Source: Candidatus Thorarchaeota archaeon (GTDB taxonomy: Archaea > Asgardarchaeota > Thorarchaeia > Thorarchaeales > Thorarchaeaceae). Taken from it: 64,000 bases of DNA. The stretch is taken from NCBI GenBank assembly GCA_029858305.1, contig JAOUFI010000005.1:1-64000 (forward strand), given 5' to 3'. The notes under the pieces were generated by a model, which saw only the letters and a list, made by a program, of their open reading frames with translations, did not search any database and was not told where the DNA came from. Below are positions 29,698 to 38,306 of this stretch, piece after piece; the stretch's first letter is position 1; the number at the start of each line of letters is the position of its first letter. A program made the position numbers and the translations under genes.

Positions 29698-30045
29698 TTA
29701 GATCATTCCGCGGTCCTTCATCTGCTCAATAATCTGGTTGTACTTTTGATCATTACTGATCATTTCATTAACCTGTGCTTCTAGCGAATGTGAACCTGGT
29801 AAGACTAACACGTTGATTTTGCTACTAGGATATACGGACTCCAATCGATGTCTTATCAAGATACCAATTAATCCTCCCATAGGACAATATGGAACTGTAG
29901 GTTTAAACCTGACACTGATTGAGTCTTCATCAACCTCAATATACTCTTGTTTTACAATTGACATTTGTGGGTCTGTAATTGATATAGGATGTTCTGGATC
30001 CATGACAGGTTCTAATGATTTGAAGACTTCATCGACTGTTGCCAA
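29698..30045 (-). CDS. MIP18/CIA2 (FAM96/DUF59) Fe-S cluster assembly protein
   Basis: DPEHP, FKPTVPYCPMGGLIG, GSHSLE..VN. Confidence 0.85.
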   Translation of the reverse strand: MATVDEVFKSLEPVMDPEHPISITDPQMSIVKQEYIEVDEDSISVRFKPTVPYCPMGGLIGILIRHRLESVYPSSKINVLVLPGSHSLEAQVNEMISNDQKYNQIIEQMKDRGMI

Positions 30046-30233
30046 TTTATTTTCCCATTTTATGGCCCTCTAGCAACCGCTTAATAATCTATGGCTTCAA
30101 CTATCCATTTTCATCCATTAGACTCATTAATATTTGTGGGCACAAGGTATATCTGAATAATGCAGTTTCTTTATCTATTATCATACTAATTTCATATCGA
30201 GAAACTGATTTGCCAATGGGAGTACCGGGAGCA

Positions 30234-30692
30234 ATGACGCCTGCAAAAAAGAAAGATGGTAAAAAAATAAGGAAGTATCTATTCAAGATAACAGTAATCG
30301 GTCCTGATGACAAGCTTCTCATGGATGTACTCTCAATATTTGACGATCCTGTTGTTGCAGTAGATGGGATTCGAATAGGATCCACCGAAGTTGATTTTGA
30401 CACCTCTGAAGTGCATGCAGTTTTTATGTCTCCCCGGCACTCTGCTCTTGACATACTTCTCACCTTGACGTACAAAGGAGCAAGTGGTGCCATTATTGTA
30501 CTTAGAGAACCTGATCCGGAATTAGAAACTCTCTATCGTAATGAAATTCGGGAGAATCTCGGTGCTGAAATACCAACCCGTATCGTGACTGTGAGCTCTA
30601 CGATGGATAAATTCAAGCAGACTGAAATTGAACATATCTTTGATGAAGTCGTAGCTGAGATCTTGGAACGAAAGACCAAGAAAGAGAAGTAG
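30234..30692 (+). CDS. Degenerate small GTPase-like protein (P-loop lost)
   Basis: YLFKITVIG strand and TYKGASGAIIV match Rab/Ras beta1 and beta4; no GxxxxGK or DxxG; start 30234 or 30216. Confidence 0.55.
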   Translation: MTPAKKKDGKKIRKYLFKITVIGPDDKLLMDVLSIFDDPVVAVDGIRIGSTEVDFDTSEVHAVFMSPRHSALDILLTLTYKGASGAIIVLREPDPELETLYRNEIRENLGAEIPTRIVTVSSTMDKFKQTEIEHIFDEVVAEILERKTKKEK

Positions 30693-30728
30693 TACAAACC
30701 TTTTTTTCAATTCTATCATCCTCTCAGC

Positions 30729-31796
30729 TTGGTGTCTTTAGTGAGCTCAGATAATAAACGAACAGACGAATATTGGATGGGCGTGCGTGATGCACTGAGA
30801 ATGGTAGATAGCTTCAACAAATGGGCTGCAAGAAATCCCGGACGTGCGAAGAGTCTTGAAGACTTCATTCATGATGGACTTATTGCTGCCGCAAAACGGT
30901 GTGAGTCCTGTTTACGTGAAAAACTAGGTCTCTCTTTCGTCAGAGATGATGAAGAAGATGAGATTCCAGATTCTCTTGAGTCCACGGAACCTGAAGTCGA
31001 ACCACCCTCTGGTTATGAGTCTACAATGACGGATGACAATGAAGAGCCAATTGACTCTGTCCCTGATAAAACATATGAGATTGCTATAGAGTCTAAAGAC
31101 TATGATTCATCTCAAGAAATAACCATTGAAACAGATGAATCCCCTATTTCAATTGATGCAGTTGAAAGACTAGGAGACGAGCCCATAGAGGATTTTGTCA
31201 TGGATGGACCACAACGTGATTTCACAACTGATTTTGTTCTTGTAGAGCCACCACCTCTCGTGATTGACACCGATGAACAACAATCAGTAGATGAAGAACA
31301 ATTTGAAGGATCAGACCTTGAAGAACTCGAAGATCTAGAAGAAATAACTTCAGAACCAGAAGTTGCTGAGAAGCGCTCCGGATTTACTTGGTCTGAATAC
31401 GAGGCTGCGGTAACTCCTACCTCTGAGCCCGAACCTCCAGATACAGAACTTGATGAATATATGACAGCTGATGATGATAACTTTAAAGAACCGTTAGATG
31501 AGGATAATGATTCATTTACCGAGGAATCACTTGATGCGCCCCCGGAGCCGTCTGAATCACCTGAAGTTTGGAGCACCTCTAAAGAGTCATCTATGGGTGG
31601 GGAAGAGAATCTAGAAGAATTCACTGAGGACGAGGATGAAGGCTTGTTCCCTGAGATGGATGACACTATAGCTGAAGAATCAGAAGAGGTACAACACTCA
31701 ATCACTAAGCCTCCAGCTCCACCACCGCCTCCTGAGAGCGAGGAAGATGAAGAAGAGCGAAAACGCAGAGCCCGAAGGTTGTTCTTTGGAGCTTAA
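30729..31796 (+). CDS. Acidic disordered protein with polyproline and C-terminal basic/hydrophobic helix
   Basis: About 70-aa N-domain (YWMGVRDALR, CESC), long D/E linker, KPPAPPPPPE, RKRRARRLFFGA. Confidence 0.7.
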   Translation: MVSLVSSDNKRTDEYWMGVRDALRMVDSFNKWAARNPGRAKSLEDFIHDGLIAAAKRCESCLREKLGLSFVRDDEEDEIPDSLESTEPEVEPPSGYESTMTDDNEEPIDSVPDKTYEIAIESKDYDSSQEITIETDESPISIDAVERLGDEPIEDFVMDGPQRDFTTDFVLVEPPPLVIDTDEQQSVDEEQFEGSDLEELEDLEEITSEPEVAEKRSGFTWSEYEAAVTPTSEPEPPDTELDEYMTADDDNFKEPLDEDNDSFTEESLDAPPEPSESPEVWSTSKESSMGGEENLEEFTEDEDEGLFPEMDDTIAEESEEVQHSITKPPAPPPPPESEEDEEERKRRARRLFFGA

Positions 31797-32824
31797 TGTA
31801 TGCCTTTGAGAACTCCTTCGTAAAGGTGTACTGCATCATCTGCAGTATTGACTCCTTTAATAATGGCTGAACCTGAAGTCATAAGTGTGATTCTGGATCC
31901 CGATGGTTTCTGTATAACAAGAAATTTCTTGCCAATTGTCAATTTGTCCTGAGAATCCTGATTTCTTGCAATATTCTCCAGATTCAAATTCATAATGGTA
32001 GGTGGAGAGATATTGAAGCTCTGAGAACATAGGGTGTGTACTGTGATGCCATCTCCTTCTTTCTTCATAACAATTCTTGATTGTGAACACTGTGGACAAT
32101 TAGCAACACGACCTATGTCAAAGAAATCAAAACTGAGTGAGGCGGAATCAATTGTCATGAGACGATTGGCAAGAATAGGTGGAATTCCTGTTGCCAGGCG
32201 GATAGCTTCATTTACCTCCACAGATGCAGCAAGAGAAAGGAGGGTCGGCGAAACTCCAACTTGCGCACATGTGTTATCCGGATTATCTTCTGCATCTCCC
32301 ATGAGGCAATGCAAGCAACCTGTTTTACTCGGAATAAAGGTTGAGAGGTTTGCATAGTATTCTACTGCTCCTGCAAAGATATATGGTATTTTCAGTTCTA
32401 GACTTGCTTTATTGACAGATCGACGAGTCTTGAATGAATCAAGCCCATCTATAATAATGTCAGTTCCTTTCAATAGCTCGATTGCATTTTCCTCTTTGAT
32501 TGAAACCGCTAAAGGCTCAAATTCCACTTCCGGGTTCATCAACGCTAGATTGGCAGCCGCAACAAGAGCTTTAGGTTCTCCTATATCTTCCGTGTTGTAG
32601 ATAGTCTGTCTCTGAATATTAGAAAGCTCAACAATATCCCTGTCGATTATCCTAATAGTTCCAAAACCAATTGCTGTTAGTAGCCGAAGTGCCGGACTTC
32701 CTAGTCCCCCTGCTCCTACAACTGTGACATTAGTTTTCATGATTTTTTGCATGTCCTTCTCAGTGAAGTCCCTCAGAGCGAGCATACGAGAATATCTCTC
32801 TCTTTGATTATCTGATAGTTTCAT
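31793..32824 (-). CDS. MoeB/ThiF (E1-like) adenylyltransferase
   Basis: RYSR, VVGAGGLG, DRDIVELSNIQRQ, CLHC, CPQC; ATG 32824. Confidence 0.9.
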   Translation of the reverse strand: MKLSDNQRERYSRMLALRDFTEKDMQKIMKTNVTVVGAGGLGSPALRLLTAIGFGTIRIIDRDIVELSNIQRQTIYNTEDIGEPKALVAAANLALMNPEVEFEPLAVSIKEENAIELLKGTDIIIDGLDSFKTRRSVNKASLELKIPYIFAGAVEYYANLSTFIPSKTGCLHCLMGDAEDNPDNTCAQVGVSPTLLSLAASVEVNEAIRLATGIPPILANRLMTIDSASLSFDFFDIGRVANCPQCSQSRIVMKKEGDGITVHTLCSQSFNISPPTIMNLNLENIARNQDSQDKLTIGKKFLVIQKPSGSRITLMTSGSAIIKGVNTADDAVHLYEGVLKGIH

Positions 32825-32883
32825 TTCACTGGCTTTAGATACAAAGCACTCACTTAAAGCCTTGGACAACTACATCAATCAAC

Positions 32884-33708
32884 ATGAAGTACACATCTGA
32901 GGTTTCAATTGGTTTACGCAGAAATCCTATGGAGGCGTTAGAAGTCGCCCTCTCAAAACTTACATCTCCTTTGGATATCCCCAAGAGATTAGCACGTGTG
33001 CTGATTAAACCATCGATATACGATCCCAAGCTAGTTGGAAACACAAGTGTTAGTGTTGTGAGAGCTGTTCTCGGAGCATTCAAGAATCTCGGTTCTGCTT
33101 CAATAGTTGAGAGTGATAATCCTCTAAGAAGAACTACTGATGCTTTTCATCATATGGGATATACTGCACTTTCAAATTCAGATGTTACGCTAGTCAATCT
33201 CTCTGAACTTCCCACATCCATTGTAAAGATGCCAGGATACTTTTTTCAAAGGCACAGCATGCCATCCATTCTTACAGAACCTAACTTCTTCATCAATATA
33301 CCAACAGTAAAAATTGACCCTGAAATCCGTGCAATTGGGGCTGGCATAAAGAATCTTCTTGGTTTGATTCCAGAGATTGATAAAAGTATATACCACGAAA
33401 GAATGGATGATGTTCTATTGGACCTCCTATCAGTCTATCCACCACAACTTACTGTTGTCGACCTTACATCATTGGTAATAGGTAAACGGGAAGATAAAAT
33501 CACAAAAAAGATTGGTGCAATTATTGTTGGCCTGAATCCAGTTGCAGTAGATTCATTCTGTGCTGGTTTGTTTGGTATTGATCCTATACAAATAGGGTAT
33601 TTGAGAAGAGCATATGATTTAGGTCTTGGTGAGATACTTCTAGATCGTATTCGCGTAGGCGGTACTAATGACCAAAAACAGAGGCTGTTCGAGCTTTGTA
33701 GATTTTGA
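32884..33708 (+). CDS. DUF362 family protein
   Basis: VLIKP, INIPTVK, AGIKNLLG, NPVAVD, YLRRA...GLG. Confidence 0.8.
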   Translation: MKYTSEVSIGLRRNPMEALEVALSKLTSPLDIPKRLARVLIKPSIYDPKLVGNTSVSVVRAVLGAFKNLGSASIVESDNPLRRTTDAFHHMGYTALSNSDVTLVNLSELPTSIVKMPGYFFQRHSMPSILTEPNFFINIPTVKIDPEIRAIGAGIKNLLGLIPEIDKSIYHERMDDVLLDLLSVYPPQLTVVDLTSLVIGKREDKITKKIGAIIVGLNPVAVDSFCAGLFGIDPIQIGYLRRAYDLGLGEILLDRIRVGGTNDQKQRLFELCRF

Positions 33709-33806
33709 CAAAACGGAATGCATTTATTTAGTGTTGGGTTGCCGACCGAATCATTGTATATTTCTGTGATTTTCTGACAGATATGCATGATATGGTGGTA
33801 CCATAA

Positions 33807-34973
33807 ATGGATTGGACTTCTCATACGATGGAACGAATCCCTGAGTCAGGTACATTGAAGATGTTTGACTTGGCCAAGAGTCTTGAAAGTCAGGGTAAAA
33901 AAGTATATCATTTCGAGGTTGGACAACCAGATTTTCCCACACCTGACAATATTGTCAAAGCTGGCATTGAGGCATTGAAAAAAGGTCTGACAAGATATAC
34001 ACCTGCTCGTGGTATACCTCAAATTCTAGATGCTATTCAGGGATACTATATGTCCCGTGGTATAAAGATTAATGGCAGAAATAATGTCATTGTCACGCCC
34101 GGCGCCAAGATGGCATTATTCCAAGGGTTTCTAAGTACAATCGATGCTGGAGATGATGTTTTACTTTTGGCACCTGCGTGGCCTACTTACCGAGTCATGA
34201 TAAGAACTGTCAATGCAAAACCTGTTGACGTATGTACCTCTCCCAACTATGGTCTCGATGAGGAAGCACTGAAACATGCCGTTTCTAGAACTGTGTCTGC
34301 GCTCGTCATAAACAGTCCGAATAATCCAACTGGGGGCGTTCTAAGCAAGGAAGATATGAAGCTCATCTATGATCTTGCGATGGACCATGATTTCGTTGTG
34401 TTCTCTGATGAAATCTACGAAACGCTCGTCTATGATGGTTTCAAACAGACATCAATGCTCGAAGTAGATCCGACCCTGGAGCGTACCCTTGTGATCAATG
34501 GAATGAGTAAATCCTACAGTATGACTGGTTGGCGATTAGGCTATGCCATTGGTAATGAAGAAACCATTTCAAACATGGCTAGAATCCAGCAAAACACAAC
34601 TTCTTGCGCCACATCATTTGTTCAATATGCTGGTGTAGAAGCATTAACAGGTAATCAGAATTCCATCAATGTGATGGTCAAGGAATATCAGGCTCGCCGA
34701 GATGAGATTACTCGTCTCTTCAACGAAATCGAAGGAGTACCATGTCTGAATCCTATGGGTGCTTTCTACGTCTTTCCTGACTTCACAAGATTCGGTTTAA
34801 GCAGTAACACTCTAGCTGAACTTCTCCTTAAGAAGACCGGAGTATGTTGTACACCTGGTATTGCATTCGGAGCAAAATATGACAATTACCTCAGGTTCTC
34901 TTACCCCATCTCTGTTTCTGAGATACAAGAGGGAATGGCTAGACTTGCAGAGTTCTTGCCAACCCTTATGTGA
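33807..34973 (+). CDS. PLP aminotransferase class I/II (aspartate aminotransferase-like)
   Basis: GQPDF, NSPNNPTG, SDEIY, GMSKSYSMTGWRLG. Confidence 0.93.
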   Translation: MDWTSHTMERIPESGTLKMFDLAKSLESQGKKVYHFEVGQPDFPTPDNIVKAGIEALKKGLTRYTPARGIPQILDAIQGYYMSRGIKINGRNNVIVTPGAKMALFQGFLSTIDAGDDVLLLAPAWPTYRVMIRTVNAKPVDVCTSPNYGLDEEALKHAVSRTVSALVINSPNNPTGGVLSKEDMKLIYDLAMDHDFVVFSDEIYETLVYDGFKQTSMLEVDPTLERTLVINGMSKSYSMTGWRLGYAIGNEETISNMARIQQNTTSCATSFVQYAGVEALTGNQNSINVMVKEYQARRDEITRLFNEIEGVPCLNPMGAFYVFPDFTRFGLSSNTLAELLLKKTGVCCTPGIAFGAKYDNYLRFSYPISVSEIQEGMARLAEFLPTLM

Positions 34974-35022
34974 CAATAGGGATAGTAAATGTTCAGCCAA
35001 TCGTTAAACAGGATGAGTCTGA

Positions 35023-35610
35023 ATGTCACCTAGAGAAGTTGAGGATAGGCTGCCGCAATTTGAGTGTACTAAATGTGGAGCATGTTGTCGTGAAGACTCA
35101 ATGCTAATTACTGTAACAGGTCGCGATATTGCCAGAATCTCAACAGCTTTAGGCTTGAGTCCAGAGGAAACAATGAGAGCTCTTGATTTCTACATTGTTG
35201 ATGATCCCAATACAATTCCAATTGGGCTTCAAGGGATCCCATCCCCAAGTACTGAGAGAGGTTCGGCTTTCATCGCTCTGAGGAAAATGGAAAATGGGGA
35301 GTGCATTTTTCTAAAAGATAACCTTTGCATGATTCACACATTACGACCCATTGTGTGTAGATCATTTCCTTTTGTATTCCAGGAGAAAGGAAGTCAACGC
35401 AAGTGGGGGCTTAGTGCTGTGAAGCAAATCTGTCCTGGACTTGGTACTGGTTCAAAAGTATCAGAGAAGGATATTGAAGATCTTTCTGCGCTTGTTCTAG
35501 AGAGCATAAAGACATATCATGAGTTTGTTGATGAGTGGAATAGTCTACCGACCACGACTGCGCGAGAATTAATCAGAACCATCCTATCTGACCCTAGATT
35601 CTTTGCCTAG
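35023..35610 (+). CDS. YkgJ/CxxCxxCC Fe-S/Zn cluster protein
   Basis: FECTKCGACC, CIFL..NLC.IH..RP.VCRSFPF, CPGLG. Confidence 0.88.
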   Translation: MSPREVEDRLPQFECTKCGACCREDSMLITVTGRDIARISTALGLSPEETMRALDFYIVDDPNTIPIGLQGIPSPSTERGSAFIALRKMENGECIFLKDNLCMIHTLRPIVCRSFPFVFQEKGSQRKWGLSAVKQICPGLGTGSKVSEKDIEDLSALVLESIKTYHEFVDEWNSLPTTTARELIRTILSDPRFFA

Positions 35611-35724
35611 CATGCTTTAAAGAAATAGCCCATGTGATAGTTTATGGGTAATTTTCTTCCTGGAGCAATGTATTGTGTATGGTTTGGCTTGCTGGATAAT
35701 GTTGCCTGATAAAACGAATCCAAA

Positions 35725-36699
35725 TTATAATTTCGTGAGTATCTGAAGAATATTTCCAAAGTTGTGCTCTACGGTTCTACTCTTTTCAGCATATCCCGAA
35801 AGGATACCAAGTCTTTCATCCTTCCCCGCGAATTCTCTGAATCTATCTGAACGAATCTCTCTATGGATGATTTCGTTAACTACCAAAATCTCATCTGAAG
35901 TCCTCAATATGTATTGAAGCATTTTAATGAGGAGAATGAAATCATTGATGTCTCTGAGCTGCAAAGTCTGACTATAAAACTGAAACTCAAGCCTTGCGAG
36001 TCGTTCTCGCATTCCTATGAGGCTAATAACCCATTTTGGAGCCCTCTCTTCCAAGTACTTGTTGCCTAGTTCAGACCAGTAATGTTGTTGATCGAGTAAT
36101 TGTACAAGGTAGCCACGAAGGAATCCGAAATGATCAACTCCGGCCTCAATCTCTTCTTCAGTCCCAATGGGTTGCATCATGCTATCCATTTGGCTATGTT
36201 TTACCGCGATTTTTAATGAGAATTTATCCACGTAAAGCTTGATTTCATCAGTCTTCTCTTTCTTTGACATGAGATCAGCGAATGTATCACCAAGAGTCAG
36301 GATGAATTTGTACAAACACTCAGAGCAAATCTCGGCATTAGCTGTAGCTTCTTTTGTAGACAGGAACTGCAATGCATCTTCAAGATCATTGCCTGGAACA
36401 TCTTTACCATGAATTCTAAGAGCCCAGCCTTGTGAGATACAATATACCTTGTTGTCAGGATAGTTGACGAAGATTGATGCATAGCATATATTGTTCTCAG
36501 TTGCTTGTTCCTCCTTCATACTCTCTTTGTCCAAGCGGAATCCAAAGATAGATGGGTCAATCTCGATGGCCTCAATCTCCAAGACACTATCATCATTGAC
36601 GCAGAGTTTCTCGTCTCCGAATACTTTGTAGCATGGACACCCGCGGACCATCTTTATCGAAGACATTTCTTGCTCTTCAAACACTTTGCTCTGCACCAA
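35725..36699 (-). CDS. Cys-rich hypothetical protein, paralogue A
   Basis: VRGCPCYK...CVNDD...YCISQG...CSECLYK shared with next gene. Confidence 0.75.
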   Translation of the reverse strand: MVQSKVFEEQEMSSIKMVRGCPCYKVFGDEKLCVNDDSVLEIEAIEIDPSIFGFRLDKESMKEEQATENNICYASIFVNYPDNKVYCISQGWALRIHGKDVPGNDLEDALQFLSTKEATANAEICSECLYKFILTLGDTFADLMSKKEKTDEIKLYVDKFSLKIAVKHSQMDSMMQPIGTEEEIEAGVDHFGFLRGYLVQLLDQQHYWSELGNKYLEERAPKWVISLIGMRERLARLEFQFYSQTLQLRDINDFILLIKMLQYILRTSDEILVVNEIIHREIRSDRFREFAGKDERLGILSGYAEKSRTVEHNFGNILQILTKL

Positions 36700-36767
36700 C
36701 TCAATCTGAAATCAAAGAAAATCTCATTCTTTGCAGCATTTTACTTTGTCTTGTAGACATATAGTAA

Positions 36768-37769
36768 TTATTGTGTGGTGTGTGCATTAATCTCACTTAG
36801 GACCTTCACAAGATTACTGAATCTATACTCGGTATTCTTCCGCTTCTCTGAATGTTTCTTGAGCCTCTCTTGAAGTTCGTTACTCATGATATTTCGCTCT
36901 ATGAGATCATTTGTTTTCTCACGGATCATATCACTAAGTTGTATTACTTTCTCAGATATATTGACCATAAACTTCAATGCGCCTAATGCATCCATCTCAC
37001 TTGACGTGGTTTTCAAATCGAGGACCTGAGAAAGGAATATGGACTCCAACCGATAGATTGAGCTGTAATGCTCAACAAGCTCAAGTAATGTCTTGTCTGC
37101 ATTTGTTTGTTTCAACTTGGATGTCAAAGCAGCCCACTGTGATCGAGAGCCATTGATTCTTTTAACGTATTTCTTCACATGCTCCTCGATTGCTTCATCG
37201 GACGTGCTTTCCACTACATAATTACTCAATTCCGCAGCCATTCTCATAGAAACTTCTCTAACGTATGATATTATGATTTTCTCTCTCTCTGAATCTGTGA
37301 GAAAACCGGATGAAGCTTCTCCGAGAGTCTTCAGGTACTTGTAGAGACAGTCTGAACAGACAACTCCATCTCTACTCTTCTCTGTGGATGTAATGAACTG
37401 AAGCGCAGCATCAATTTCTGATGTTCTAACATCTTTCTCATTGATGTTGATTCTTTGTCCTCGACTAACACAATAACAGAATCCCTCTTTTCTATCGAGG
37501 TATATCAAAAGATAGCACATGCTCTCATTGTCGCTCTTGTATTCGTTAAGGTCGCTTACAGATTTAATTTGCTCAAAGAAAGAAGGATCAACGGAAATTG
37601 CATTGATAGGTAAAACATCATCGTTGTTTAAACAAATTTTTTCCTTTTCCAATCCAGTAAACTCTTTGTAACAGGGACACCCTTTCACTAATCTTCTTTC
37701 GCCCTTTTTGCCTCTCACTTGGGCTGTATCCAAATTTAATTCTGAGGCTTCTGGTCCTATCAATTGCAC
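36768..37769 (-). CDS. Cys-rich hypothetical protein, paralogue B
   Basis: VKGCPCYK...CLNND...YCVSRG...CSDCLYK. Confidence 0.75.
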   Translation of the reverse strand: MQLIGPEASELNLDTAQVRGKKGERRLVKGCPCYKEFTGLEKEKICLNNDDVLPINAISVDPSFFEQIKSVSDLNEYKSDNESMCYLLIYLDRKEGFCYCVSRGQRININEKDVRTSEIDAALQFITSTEKSRDGVVCSDCLYKYLKTLGEASSGFLTDSEREKIIISYVREVSMRMAAELSNYVVESTSDEAIEEHVKKYVKRINGSRSQWAALTSKLKQTNADKTLLELVEHYSSIYRLESIFLSQVLDLKTTSSEMDALGALKFMVNISEKVIQLSDMIREKTNDLIERNIMSNELQERLKKHSEKRKNTEYRFSNLVKVLSEINAHTTQ

Positions 37770-37950
37770 GCTCCTAGGGAAGGGCGGAGTTCTCGCACGC
37801 TTAATATGTCATATTAGGTTTGGATATCAAGGTTTCTTTGATACCTACTATCCATTCTCATAGGCCACTGCTTGACCAGATTCTCCTCATGCTTTTCAAT
37901 CAATCTCGCATGTCGAACGACTTGCTCAGAATGAGAAAATTGGATTCTTT

Positions 37951-38091
37951 TTAGCCCCAGAGTTCTCTCTTCAATAGATCGCGAATTGCTATTCTAATTG
38001 CCTCTGACCTATTAGGATAGAGATTATTCTCAACTAGACGTTCTAGTCCTTCAACATATTGCTCCGGGATATGCAATGTTACCAGCTTCAT
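37951..38091 (-). CDS. cdrS: Ribbon-helix-helix protein, CdrS-like (46 aa; absent from ORF track)
   Basis: MKLVTLHIPEQYVEGLERLVENNLYPNRSEAIRIAIRDLLKRELWG; AGGTGA SD. Confidence 0.8.
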   Translation of the reverse strand: MKLVTLHIPEQYVEGLERLVENNLYPNRSEAIRIAIRDLLKRELWG

Positions 38092-38306
38092 ATTGGGTAA
38101 TCACCTAGAACATCTCTGTGTCATACTTGAATATGGTTGTGAGTAATACTCAGTCGGTATTGAAAAGTAAAATCCTGAGTTCTATTTTCTCTCGAACTAA
38201 CAACTTGCTCTAATACCTGTCCCTTTTCGAATTGGCCACCAAGATAGGAGTTATATTCCTGAGCCATTGTCTACCGATTCGCACTCGCATAAAGGTCGTG
38301 TACAAA

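Noticed and set aside
31112-31705. 197-aa Ser-rich minus-strand ORF
   Set aside because: Antisense shadow of the Glu/Asp-rich gene; the same applies to the many short antisense ORFs, e.g. within 22866-28808
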